Below are positions 50,749 to 60,504 of a stretch of 64,000 nt of DNA, one piece after another. A program made the translations under genes and the position numbers. The DNA is from Candidatus Heimdallarchaeota archaeon. Its GTDB lineage: Archaea > Asgardarchaeota > Heimdallarchaeia > Hodarchaeales > Hodarchaeaceae. The stretch spans positions 3,392,050 to 3,456,049 of the forward strand of contig CP070695.1 in NCBI GenBank assembly GCA_020353515.1. Reading direction: 5' to 3'. A model generated the notes under the pieces. The model saw only the letters and a program-made list of their open reading frames with translations. It was not told the DNA's origin and ran no database searches. The first letter of the stretch is position 1. Each line of letters starts with the position of its first letter.

Positions 50749-51070
50749 CTCTCTATCTGAATACCTGAGAAAGTTTTATACTTTCGGAATTTTGAGTGTT
50801 TCTATAGATGATCTCATGCAAGATGAACAATTTCTAGGAACGAGAATTGGGGAAATAAAATCAATTTGTAACGATCTTATAACTCTGTGGATAGGTTCAC
50901 TAGAAAGAATCAAAAATTAAACCTAAAAAATCGTGACTTAGGTAATATCGAACGAATCTCTGTTCTACAATCTTTCATGTCTCCTTAAATAGCGAAAGAT
51001 GTGAGAATTGTGGTTCTAAAATATCAACAAAATTCCTTTCACCAAAATAACGGACAAATGGTGAAATCTG

Positions 51071-51841
51071 ATGAAAGTTCCCGATCACTTAGAGGTAGAG
51101 CTCTTTCCCATTCAGGAAACAGGATTAGACATTGTTCTCCAGAGCTCATTCTCGAAAGAGATACGGGGTTCTAATTTTAAGAATCAGGCATTATTCTTCG
51201 TTGATAGTAAGCAACGTATTTGGCTATGGAAAAAAATACCTATTTTTGCGTTAATTCGCGAGTATCTCGCCTCTATATTGGCATCAGAGCTTGGTATTCT
51301 TGTTCCCAAATCAATAATTGCGAAAAAGGGCCAGTCAATTGGTTTAATCCAAGAATGGGTACACAGTGCTAAAGATTTAGCATCATTTTCTGAGGATCAC
51401 CCAACATTAACCAGAACTGAATTACTTGACCTTTTTGTATTTGAAGCTTGGATTGGAGCGTTAGATCGACACGGAGGGAATTATCTTGCTTCTACTGAGG
51501 GAAAAATCTGGGCAATTGATTTTGAAGATAGTTTTTATGAATCAGTTCAAGGTAGTGAGCTTTGTTTATATTATCCATGGATAAAAGAATCAAAAAAAGG
51601 ACTAGAAATAGCAGTTCAGAAACTAGTAGAACAAATTACTGAAAAACAACTACTTGAAAAAAGTAAATCATTTCTTGAACTTACAAATATTTTACAGGAC
51701 TCACGAGCTAAAGAGGCCCTAACTCAGCAGGTTTTACAAATAGTAGAATTATTAAAGAAAAATTTTGCTCAATTAGAGAAAACTGTGGAACTATTCTTAG
51801 AAAGTAGTAGTTCACTACCAGAATTTGTGGCATGTACTTAA
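51071..51841 (+). CDS. HipA-like / PI3-PI4-kinase-fold atypical kinase
   Basis: WLWKK, REYLASILASELGILVP, WIGALDRHGGNYL, IWAIDFEDSF. Confidence 0.85.
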   Translation: MKVPDHLEVELFPIQETGLDIVLQSSFSKEIRGSNFKNQALFFVDSKQRIWLWKKIPIFALIREYLASILASELGILVPKSIIAKKGQSIGLIQEWVHSAKDLASFSEDHPTLTRTELLDLFVFEAWIGALDRHGGNYLASTEGKIWAIDFEDSFYESVQGSELCLYYPWIKESKKGLEIAVQKLVEQITEKQLLEKSKSFLELTNILQDSRAKEALTQQVLQIVELLKKNFAQLEKTVELFLESSSSLPEFVACT

Positions 51842-52284
51842 AAACAGAGTATCCTTTTTTCAAAAATGGGCTGTATATGGCAAATGAAATTGTTGAAGGA
51901 GATATTTGTCAACAGAACAGTTGTCATCACTGTTGTTTAGAAACAGAGATGCTGATAACAAAAAAAGACATTCAACGGATAGTCACAAAGACCTCAATAT
52001 CAGCTAAAGAATTCGTTACTTTAAATGATGACGGAAATAGGAAATTGAAGAATAAACAGATTGATTCCCAACTCCAGTGCTTTTTTCTTGATCAGAACGG
52101 TCAGTGTTCCATCTATGAATTCAGACCCGAGGGTTGTCAATTCTATCCATATATCTGGGATCTGACAGAACATCGAATCTTTATCGATGATTATTGTTTA
52201 CATCATAATAAATTTCAAAAACCGTGGTTTACTTTGTCAAAAAGACTAGAGGATTTTATTTTCAAATTATTTGGGAAATTATAG
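51832..52284 (+). CDS. YkgJ family cysteine-cluster (Zn/Fe-chelating) protein
   Basis: CQQNSCHHCC...CFFL...CSIYEFRPEGCQFYP...C. Confidence 0.9.
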   Translation: MYLKTEYPFFKNGLYMANEIVEGDICQQNSCHHCCLETEMLITKKDIQRIVTKTSISAKEFVTLNDDGNRKLKNKQIDSQLQCFFLDQNGQCSIYEFRPEGCQFYPYIWDLTEHRIFIDDYCLHHNKFQKPWFTLSKRLEDFIFKLFGKL

Positions 52285-52427
52285 GTTTGAAAGTTCCCTC
52301 TATGAGAGTAGAAATATCCGATTCTACGCAGTTAGAAGCATAAATATTTAGTAAGGGGATTTGTAAGATCATTCAGATAAAAATATGATTTTTATCACAA
52401 AAATCTATAACAGGAGATAAAAAATAG

Positions 52428-53486
52428 ATGCTACAGCTGAAAATTAGGAATTTATTCTTGATTATTTCATTATTAGCACTAATTTCCATGGTGTTAGTAG
52501 CTCCAATTGGATCTATTAATGCGGAAATTAATGATGACGATGATAGTGACGAAACTGAAGAACAGGAATCAGAGGAAACTGAGGAAGAGACCGATGACCA
52601 CGAAGAAGAAGATAATGATGATGGTAAAGCTAAGTTAGAAAAAGAAGGAAAAAAAGTATTATTAACCTCTGGTGACTTTCAAATAGAGGTTAATGCAAAA
52701 GGCCAAGTACCATTTTATCACTTCAATACATCAGTTGATGATGTACGATTTTTCTTAAAATTCCAGAGAATAACTCAATTCAAAGACGAAAATGACAATA
52801 GTATCTACGATAAAGGAGAAGAAGTTGGAAATCAGAATTCTGACTTACAATTACCTAGTGTCGATTGGGAACTCGTAATTGTAACAGACACAGATACTGA
52901 TAAGGAATTCATTTTCCGTTCATCTGAGATAAAGGGTCAGGAATTCGAAGATACAACTATAGAATTAATCAATCATTTTTCCGCAGACTCCTCTTACCTG
53001 AAGTTCGATATTAATATAACCAACTGGCCTTTTGAGGAAGAAGCCACTGGTTTATGTTTAGAATTCGAATTAAATTGGTCAAGAGGGGAAAATGAAGGCG
53101 AAGGAATGAGTTTGAAAAAAGAGAGTGATGATACTTCTATCTCTCTTAAAAATGATGATGATGTCCTTCTTGCATATTTTGAATCTGCTAGTGAGGTCGA
53201 AGTTGATGGTACAGTAGTAGATGATGGAGCTCTCCTATATGATACTGCGTCTGAAAATGCTTCTAAGGTAAATATTTTACTCAATTATCCAAGTTTCGAC
53301 GAAACTCTGTTCCATGATCCTGAGATTGGAACATCAGATGAAGCACTGTCAGTGAGTCCTTCCACGATAATCTCTTGGTTAATGGAAACCATAGAGAGCG
53401 TGAAAGATGGATTCTTGGTAGTTACCGCACTAATGACTTTCGTTTTAGCTACTGGTTTGATTTTTAATCGTCGTCGTCAAAAATAA
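52428..53486 (+). CDS. Secreted acidic cell-surface protein with C-terminal anchor
   Basis: Signal peptide, D/E tract, LKFDINITNWPF, YPSFDETLFHDP, DGF-TM-RRRQK tail. Confidence 0.85.
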   Translation: MLQLKIRNLFLIISLLALISMVLVAPIGSINAEINDDDDSDETEEQESEETEEETDDHEEEDNDDGKAKLEKEGKKVLLTSGDFQIEVNAKGQVPFYHFNTSVDDVRFFLKFQRITQFKDENDNSIYDKGEEVGNQNSDLQLPSVDWELVIVTDTDTDKEFIFRSSEIKGQEFEDTTIELINHFSADSSYLKFDINITNWPFEEEATGLCLEFELNWSRGENEGEGMSLKKESDDTSISLKNDDDVLLAYFESASEVEVDGTVVDDGALLYDTASENASKVNILLNYPSFDETLFHDPEIGTSDEALSVSPSTIISWLMETIESVKDGFLVVTALMTFVLATGLIFNRRRQK

Positions 53487-53572
53487 ACATTAATAAATCC
53501 CATCCTTGAATACAATTCAAGGAAAATTTTCTTTTCTTTTTTTTAGTTCGTTCTTGTAAGGAGTATATATCA

Positions 53573-54406
53573 GTGACAAACAGGGAACACAATGAAGGAT
53601 CACAAATTCAAGAACAGGAATTATTTGATATCCTTTCACACACCACAAGACGAATGATCCTTAGGGAATTGAATAAGCAATTATACCTCGCATACTCTGA
53701 ATTACAAATTCTAATACCACAGAGTCCAGGTGTAATTTATCATCATCTGGAGAAACTTCAAGAGAAGGGATTGATAAAACAACGGGAAAGTAAAGAATAT
53801 GAATTAGCACCTTTAGGAGTTCAAGCTGTCTCCTACCTTGAAAAATTAGATGATGACGATGTATCATCAGTAGTAACCTCCCGATCTTCTTTTCATGATC
53901 TTTTCCTAAAAATACCGTTATCGAGATTTATCCTAAAAAATCCCTTGCGATGGGCAATAGAAATTGCTGCGCTAACTGCAGTACTATTTTTTCTTCAATT
54001 AAATTTTCCAGTCTTAATTGTAGGGCCGTTTCTACTTCCAACTACCTTCGAACTACCTCTAAGAATCTTTCTTGAAATTATCATTTTTCTTCTCATGTTT
54101 TCGGGATTGCTAATATTTGATTTAGTGATATCCAAAAAGAGAGATTTCTTGTCGTTATTTGCAGGTCTGTTAGTCTTACCTATGTTATCTTTTATAGCTT
54201 CAGTATTACTCTATGTGGTTTCAATTATCTTTATTACTGTCCCATCACTTCTCTTTTGGGTTTTAACCTTTATTCTCCAATTTTGTTATGCGTATGTTCT
54301 TATTCATCTGTTGAATAAGATATCGAAGCTTTCTTTCGACCGATCAGTTATTGTTACACTCTTAATCGGTTATTTCTTCCTTTTCTGTGTTTTGATTCTT
54401 GGATAA
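53573..54406 (+). CDS. ArsR-type winged helix fused to a multi-pass membrane domain
   Basis: LFDILSHTTRRMIL...SPGVIYHHLEKL...YELAPLG, then about six TMs. Confidence 0.85.
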   Translation: MTNREHNEGSQIQEQELFDILSHTTRRMILRELNKQLYLAYSELQILIPQSPGVIYHHLEKLQEKGLIKQRESKEYELAPLGVQAVSYLEKLDDDDVSSVVTSRSSFHDLFLKIPLSRFILKNPLRWAIEIAALTAVLFFLQLNFPVLIVGPFLLPTTFELPLRIFLEIIIFLLMFSGLLIFDLVISKKRDFLSLFAGLLVLPMLSFIASVLLYVVSIIFITVPSLLFWVLTFILQFCYAYVLIHLLNKISKLSFDRSVIVTLLIGYFFLFCVLILG

Positions 54407-54444
54407 TATTTACCATAGAAAGCTTTTTATAACCGTGTATATCA

Positions 54445-54456
54445 TATGTTAACATA
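54445..54456. promoter_or_regulatory. Palindrome TATGTTAACATA just downstream of a TATA box (TTTTTATAA 54424-54432)
   Basis: Perfect 12-bp palindrome plus further ACAT units upstream of an RHH-containing gene. Confidence 0.5.
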
Positions 54457-54639
54457 ACACAACATACATTAACAAGGGTTAATTATGTATAGATGTCTGT
54501 TAAAACAAGTCAAAGACGATTCATATGATCTCAACTACGTTGATTTAGCTTCATATATTACCATGGCTAGAAAAATTGTTGCAGACCATGAAAATTCTCT
54601 GATTTCTAAGGAGGTAAACACAGACAGAAATGAGGTTGA

Positions 54640-55527
54640 ATGATAATGAATGATCTACATAAAAAACGAAAGTTTGAAGATTTTGAAAATAATTGGTCTC
54701 CTGAAGAAGATATTGAGGTTGATGACGATACAGTTCAAGATATCGAAGAGGAGAGTGAAGAGGAATATCGAACACCTCACCGTCGAAGACCTCTGAGCGA
54801 GCCTCGTCCACCTCGTGCCCCTCCTCTTCCCCCATTACCTCCATTACCCCCAGATATTGAAATTTTGAAATCGGATAAAGTTATCGGGATTCGGGGTTTA
54901 GATGCCCAGTTATATAAAGATATAAGTCGAATTGCACGGAAGAATGGTGTCAGTGTTGCTGAATTGATTAACCGTATCTTAGCTAAGTATCGGTATACCT
55001 CTATAGGCGAAAATGGTAATACTATTAGTAATATCGATTCTCTTGAGCTCTTTGAGGAGGACCTTACTCATTTAGATGATGAGGGGATTAACATCATTGG
55101 AGTCAAAAATCTCTCCTTAGGAGCAGACGTCACTCATGAGTCTTTCAACAAGATCAGAAATATAGAACACATTGAGCATATCTGGGTTCCCCCACATCTT
55201 TACTTACCATTGGTAAAAAAAGCAAGAAATTGCCACCAAATCGAGAAATACAAAGGAGATAAGATTCCTAGAGTGATTCAAAAAAGTTTTGACTCCGATG
55301 TCCATCTTACTAAATCATTTTTTGAATATTTTCTTGATGAAGAGCAAATGGTAGATTTGACCGTATATGGGGAACTTAGAATCGATACAGATGTTTCTCT
55401 CGATGATTTCAAGAGCGTGATCTACAATCTCCGGGTTGATAATGATATTCAAGCTCCACGGCATTTAATTGGCTTCTTATTTGCGAAATCGAAATGTTAC
55501 GGTGAAATTGAAGAGATCGAAGATTAA
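54640..55527 (+). CDS. Hypothetical protein: acidic and Pro-rich N-terminus, RHH-like domain, duplicated C-terminal domain
   Basis: PPRAPPLPPLPPLPP; VIGIRGLDAQLYKDISRIARKNGVSVAELINRIL; two related repeats ending VPPHL and APRHL. Confidence 0.75.
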   Translation: MIMNDLHKKRKFEDFENNWSPEEDIEVDDDTVQDIEEESEEEYRTPHRRRPLSEPRPPRAPPLPPLPPLPPDIEILKSDKVIGIRGLDAQLYKDISRIARKNGVSVAELINRILAKYRYTSIGENGNTISNIDSLELFEEDLTHLDDEGINIIGVKNLSLGADVTHESFNKIRNIEHIEHIWVPPHLYLPLVKKARNCHQIEKYKGDKIPRVIQKSFDSDVHLTKSFFEYFLDEEQMVDLTVYGELRIDTDVSLDDFKSVIYNLRVDNDIQAPRHLIGFLFAKSKCYGEIEEIED

Positions 55528-55554
55528 TCTCATATAGGGCCTTCGGCTTCTCAT

Positions 55555-55577
55555 TAACCATTCTTTAAGAATGGTTA
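55555..55577. repeat. Inverted repeat TAACCATTCTT-T-AAGAATGGTTA (operator or hairpin)
   Basis: 11-bp perfect arms with a 1-nt spacer in the intergenic region. Confidence 0.7.
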
Positions 55578-55638
55578 TTGGTTCTACTTGTAAAGTGTCG
55601 TTTATAGACATTAATTGTGAATTCTGGAAGGAATTTCT

Positions 55639-57042
55639 GTGATTGATAGTGGAATTGTCGTCGCATCGGGAATAAGCACCATTATGGCTTTTATTTCGGC
55701 CTTTATTTTAATCAGGCATTATTATCATTATAAAAAAGATACTACAACGAATTTCTGGGCGATTGCTATGTTTTTTTACGCGATTGGCCATTTTATTGTA
55801 ACATTACTTTATGCGGAGATTCTTGACAATTCGATTTTAACAATGTTCGTATATGTAAACTCTTCAGGAGCAGTAACTATGTCCCTTTTTCTTTTTGGAA
55901 CATTATCATTATTTACAAATCGAAAATCAATCACAATATCAATCTCAAGCATATATGGTCTGTTTTATTTTGTAGGTTCATTTTTATATGGTTTCATAAT
56001 TCCTGCGAATTCAGTTCTGAATTTCATTAATATTTCAGGTAATTTTACAGCACTAAATAATATGAGTTGGTTTGTTGTAGAAACATTAATACCTGCGTCC
56101 ATCTTTCTTTCAATTCTTTTTTTCAAGGATTATATAACTTCGAGAGACTATAGTTCTTTCTGGGTTTCGTTGCATTTTTTTCTTTACTTTGTACTTTTAC
56201 TCATATGGCCTTTCCCTGAATTAAAACTCCTATTCTATCTTGGACGAACATTAGCAACAAGTTGTCTTCTAACTGGTTTCACCTCATTAACTCAGCAAAG
56301 AAGATTAGAAGGCATAATACATGAAGTTGAAACTGCAGAATCCGATTTTTTCCTTGATTTGTTGTCACATGACATTAAAAATCATCTACAAGGCGTAAAA
56401 ATGATAACTGATTATTATCATATTGATGAAGCAATTTTGGAATCAAGTGAATTTATAGAGAAAATTGAAAATAATGTGAATTCAATTTTTGAATTAATTC
56501 TTAACATCGAAAAATACCGAACAGTTCAGAGAGAGGGTGGTTTTACTCATTTATCAACGAAAAAATTGACGCTTGTAATAAAAGAAACAATTAGTCAAGT
56601 AATTAATAACTTTCCAAACAAGAGTGTTAAGTTTCAAGTAGAAATTGATGAATCAATCTCATACTGGATAAATGCTAATGAATTTATTGAAGATGTTTTC
56701 CTTAATTTATTTTCAAATGCAATAAAACATAGTAACAGAGAGGATGTGGAGATTGATCTCACAATTAGTTCTACTTTAGTAAGAGGAGTTGATTACTGGG
56801 TGGTATCTATTGGTGATAACGGCCTCGGAATCCCTGAAGAAAAGAAAAAATATCTCTTTACGGGAAAATTACGCAAAGATGGATCAGGGATTGGATTATC
56901 AATTGTGAAAAACATCATTGACGGATATAAAGGAAAAATCACTTTTAAAAATATGGAAAATGACAATGGAGAGGTTTGTGGGGCAATTTTCACACTTTAT
57001 TTCCCCAAAGCACGAGCTGTAGAGCAGCTAATTGTTACCTAG
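55639..57042 (+). CDS. Membrane sensor histidine kinase (about 7 TMs, HisKA, HATPase)
   Basis: LSHDIKNHL, NLFSNAIKHS, DNGLGI, GSGIGLSIVK. Confidence 0.93.
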   Translation: MIDSGIVVASGISTIMAFISAFILIRHYYHYKKDTTTNFWAIAMFFYAIGHFIVTLLYAEILDNSILTMFVYVNSSGAVTMSLFLFGTLSLFTNRKSITISISSIYGLFYFVGSFLYGFIIPANSVLNFINISGNFTALNNMSWFVVETLIPASIFLSILFFKDYITSRDYSSFWVSLHFFLYFVLLLIWPFPELKLLFYLGRTLATSCLLTGFTSLTQQRRLEGIIHEVETAESDFFLDLLSHDIKNHLQGVKMITDYYHIDEAILESSEFIEKIENNVNSIFELILNIEKYRTVQREGGFTHLSTKKLTLVIKETISQVINNFPNKSVKFQVEIDESISYWINANEFIEDVFLNLFSNAIKHSNREDVEIDLTISSTLVRGVDYWVVSIGDNGLGIPEEKKKYLFTGKLRKDGSGIGLSIVKNIIDGYKGKITFKNMENDNGEVCGAIFTLYFPKARAVEQLIVT

Positions 57043-58248
57043 TTGTGACTTTGAGGATTCAGGATCAGGTGATACTTGGATGTTTAAATAACCAATTAAA
57101 GCTCCCACAAAAGCTGTACTTGAGAATATTAGTCCAATTGTTGAATACCCATAACTAATCCAGATTAAACCGCTTAATCCCGAACCAAGTGCTGATGCAC
57201 TAGCGTTTAGTGCCTGATTTATAGAGAGAACAGTTCCTTTTGAGTTTGATGCTACTTGAGTGAGTAAGACTGGAACTTCAGACATCGCAAAATCAAATGA
57301 AGTACCTAATAGGATCAGCCAAAAGATCACAAAAATGTGATTGAAAGAAAAATGAGACAATAAAATCATACAAGTTGCAGCAATCATTAATCCGGATATA
57401 GTACAGCGTTTTGGGCCGATTCTGTCTCCCAACCAGGTGGCTAAGAGCGTTCCAAACAACGTTCCGACTCCCATAAAAGCTAGGATTACACTTATTGATG
57501 TCTCTTTGATTTGAAATTTGGTTTCCATCCAAATGGGGAAAAATGCAAAAATACCTTGAATAGCTCCAACAGCAAAGAACATTAACAATAATCCTGAAAG
57601 CGCACTTTTATTGGATACTACTCTTTTGAATAATTTCAAACTCTGTTCAACTAGAGCTCCTTGATTAGGTATTTCATCACTAGTAGAGTCTATTAAATAG
57701 ATTAATACACAAGAGCTTAATGCTAGAAGCCCTAGTATTATAAATGGAAATCGCCAACTCAAATGTTCAATCGAATAACCTACTAAAGGTACTCCAAATA
57801 TGAATGTGATAGGCCAAGATAAGCGGACGAACCCCATCGCACGGGACCTTGTTTCATATGTATATTGATCACCCAGTTCAGCTAACAACGCTGGTAAAAA
57901 TATGGCTTTTCCCAGTCCAGCTAACGCTCGTGCAATCAAGATAAATAACCAATCTTGAGCTACAGCCATGAGGCCTGAACTTATCGCAAAAATAACTAAT
58001 CCAATGGTTAGGAAATTTCTTCTTCCATATTGATCAGATAGACTCCCGAAAACTGGACTTAGTAGAATAAAAATTGAATATACAGAGACGAGAAATCCCA
58101 TAAGCCAAATTTGGATATTAAAAGACTCACTAAGAGTACTAAAGTAGAGTGTAATGCTCTGAAAATCGAGATCAAGTGCAATTCGGGCTAATAACAGAAT
58201 TGCTAATTGTGCTGAAGAAGATCTCACACGTCTCATCCTATGTACCAA
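57028..58248 (-). CDS. MFS transporter
   Basis: GSLSDQYGRR, ARALAGLG, LGDRIGPKR; 12 TMs. Confidence 0.93.
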   Translation of the reverse strand: MVHRMRRVRSSSAQLAILLLARIALDLDFQSITLYFSTLSESFNIQIWLMGFLVSVYSIFILLSPVFGSLSDQYGRRNFLTIGLVIFAISSGLMAVAQDWLFILIARALAGLGKAIFLPALLAELGDQYTYETRSRAMGFVRLSWPITFIFGVPLVGYSIEHLSWRFPFIILGLLALSSCVLIYLIDSTSDEIPNQGALVEQSLKLFKRVVSNKSALSGLLLMFFAVGAIQGIFAFFPIWMETKFQIKETSISVILAFMGVGTLFGTLLATWLGDRIGPKRCTISGLMIAATCMILLSHFSFNHIFVIFWLILLGTSFDFAMSEVPVLLTQVASNSKGTVLSINQALNASASALGSGLSGLIWISYGYSTIGLIFSSTAFVGALIGYLNIQVSPDPESSKSQLGNN

Positions 58249-58297
58249 CTACATTGACCTAATATTCTACTAAAACAAGTTTACACTGTGTATACCT

Positions 58298-59545
58298 GTG
58301 CATACATTTTGGCCACATAATCTTTTGTACAGATCAAGGGGAGTTTTGCACGCATATTATCTATCTATTGTTGGAGTTTTATCACTTTTGCAAATTAATG
58401 AATCATTTAATGTTAAAGAAAATCTTAGTAAAGACTTTTCATATTCAGGTGGGAAAATTTTAAGCTCTATGAACTGTGAAGCTGATCCATTTGCACTAGA
58501 AGTTTTCCGTAGTAATGTAGAGAAGAATCTTGGTGATCCCGCGTTATTTCCAGGGACTATTGCCGTCGAGACTCGTGTTATTAATATTTTAGGTAGCTTA
58601 TTTGACCTTCCCTCATCAGGAACAGGTGTCATTCTATCAGGGGGATCCGAGGCTAATCTTACTGCTCTTTGGGCCATTCGGAATAATAATGCTAGTAGTC
58701 ATAATCAGCAAAAACCCGAAATTATTGCCCCTGAATCCGTTCATATTTCCATTGATAAAGCTGCTGATTTGTTGCAGCTCAAACTCATTAAAATTCCTAC
58801 AACACCTCAGTATCAGGCCGATCTTGAAGCAATCTCTGATGCCATATCAAAAAAGACAATTGCTCTAATAGGAGTAGCTGGAACAACAGCATTCGGAACC
58901 ATTGATCCGCTGAAAGAACTGGATGACATTTGTCAAACTTATGAATTAGATCTACATATTGATGCTGCGTTTGGTGGACTTATTTTTCCTTTTCTCCCAA
59001 AAATACATTCAAATTTTAACTTGTCTTTCGATGATTTGCAATCATTAGTCTCCATCACAGTCGATATTCATAAAATGGGACGTGTTCCAATCCCTGGAGG
59101 AGGGTTATTATGGCGTGACGCTACCTATCCGATTGCTATCCAATTCACATTGCCATATTTGGCCGGGAAACCGAAACAAATAACAATTACAGGTACAAGA
59201 ACAGGAGCATCTGCAATTGCCTTCGCATCATTATGGGAAAAAAATGGTTTCCAGGGATTTCAAGAAACTGTTATGTCTTGCCTCGAGAATACTCGATATC
59301 TATCCGTCGAATTAGAAAAACGTGGATTATTAATCCCTATTAAACCTGTTATTAACATTCTTGGAGTTACAACCCCCTCAGATTTTCCTTTCAACGTATT
59401 GGAGCTGCATAAAATATTATGGCAGCATGGTTGGACGACAACTATCGTAAATGGGAGACTAAGATTTGTAGTAATGCCTTCAACTACAAAAAATCAACTT
59501 AGGAATCTTATTTTTCTAATTGATCAATTAATTAGTGATGGTTAG
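58298..59545 (+). CDS. mfnA: PLP-dependent tyrosine/aspartate decarboxylase (true start probably near TTG 58388)
   Basis: GKILSSM, NLGDPALFPGT, SGGSEAN, HISIDKA, HIDAAFGG, DIHKMG (PLP Lys), GTRTG. Confidence 0.88.
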   Translation: MHTFWPHNLLYRSRGVLHAYYLSIVGVLSLLQINESFNVKENLSKDFSYSGGKILSSMNCEADPFALEVFRSNVEKNLGDPALFPGTIAVETRVINILGSLFDLPSSGTGVILSGGSEANLTALWAIRNNNASSHNQQKPEIIAPESVHISIDKAADLLQLKLIKIPTTPQYQADLEAISDAISKKTIALIGVAGTTAFGTIDPLKELDDICQTYELDLHIDAAFGGLIFPFLPKIHSNFNLSFDDLQSLVSITVDIHKMGRVPIPGGGLLWRDATYPIAIQFTLPYLAGKPKQITITGTRTGASAIAFASLWEKNGFQGFQETVMSCLENTRYLSVELEKRGLLIPIKPVINILGVTTPSDFPFNVLELHKILWQHGWTTTIVNGRLRFVVMPSTTKNQLRNLIFLIDQLISDG

Positions 59546-59789
59546 GGGACTCCCCGAGTCCAATCTTATCCAATATTCGTTCTTCAGTTATTTCTTTTCC
59601 ATATAGCATGAAATTATTAATTTTAACAGCGGGAAGAGTTCTTAATTCTCCTTTTAGGAACTTAGTTACTGACCCAACTCTTTTTATCTTGACATTAGGA
59701 TAATTATTTTCAATCTTCCTCATTATTTTCCGCACACGAATACATCGTGGGCAAATTAAGGAATGAAAAAAGATTACTTGGTGTTGCAT
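59532..59789 (-). CDS. Thioredoxin/glutaredoxin-like protein
   Basis: CPRC motif, TLPAVKIN cis-Pro loop. Confidence 0.85.
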   Translation of the reverse strand: MQHQVIFFHSLICPRCIRVRKIMRKIENNYPNVKIKRVGSVTKFLKGELRTLPAVKINNFMLYGKEITEERILDKIGLGESPNHH

Positions 59790-59948
59790 TAGTAATTCTC
59801 TGGTTATACTAATAATAAGAAAGTCTTATTATTTTTTTTCAGGTAATTGTCTTTATCAATTGGAGAGATTTAAAAACACAAAGAAAAAGAAAAAAAATAT
59901 AGAATCAATAGGAAAGTAATACCTAGTTTGAAATAAAAGGGAATACTG

Positions 59949-60503
59949 TTGTCAACGAGAGACAAATTATCGCAGCTATCAGATGATGAGTTAGAAAAAA
60001 TCTATCAAGAAAAGAAAGCTGAGTATGATCAAAAAATATTGAAAAATAGGCGAATAAGGGGAATTCTATCAAGGAAAATCAATGAAAAACAAAAATCTGT
60101 AGAAAACCTTCGAAAAGAGGCAGATGATTTCCTTACTTCTCATCCTGAGCTTTCTGTCGCCAAACAAGACTTTGACGACACAGACTTTGATCCAGAGGAA
60201 TTAAAACAATTAATACAAGAAAAACAAACAATCCTCTCACAGCTTCAATCAAAGAAATTAGAGATCGAAAAGAGTATTCCAGAAATTACAAACCACATTA
60301 AGCAACAAAAACTCTTAGAGAATCAATATCAAGAAGAAATTAATTTGTTAATTTCTCAATCAGAAAACTTTTCTGAGTCTGATAGTTTTGAAATGCTGGA
60401 GTTAGATCAACTTTCACATGAGATTAAATCAGCCCAAGATGAGCTTGAGTCCCTCAGTAAAGGGATAGAAGAGCTCCGTAATAAAGTACATCAACAAGGA
60501 TAA
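59949..60503 (+). CDS. Coiled-coil hypothetical protein
   Basis: Heptad-rich E/K/Q/L composition throughout. Confidence 0.75.
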   Translation: MSTRDKLSQLSDDELEKIYQEKKAEYDQKILKNRRIRGILSRKINEKQKSVENLRKEADDFLTSHPELSVAKQDFDDTDFDPEELKQLIQEKQTILSQLQSKKLEIEKSIPEITNHIKQQKLLENQYQEEINLLISQSENFSESDSFEMLELDQLSHEIKSAQDELESLSKGIEELRNKVHQQG

Positions 60504-60504
60504 G

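Noticed and set aside
50792-50920. Protein-like 42-codon frame (LSVSIDDLMQDEQFLG...RIKN) in the intergenic gap
   Set aside because: Too short and no convincing start; may be a gene remnant but cannot be supported.
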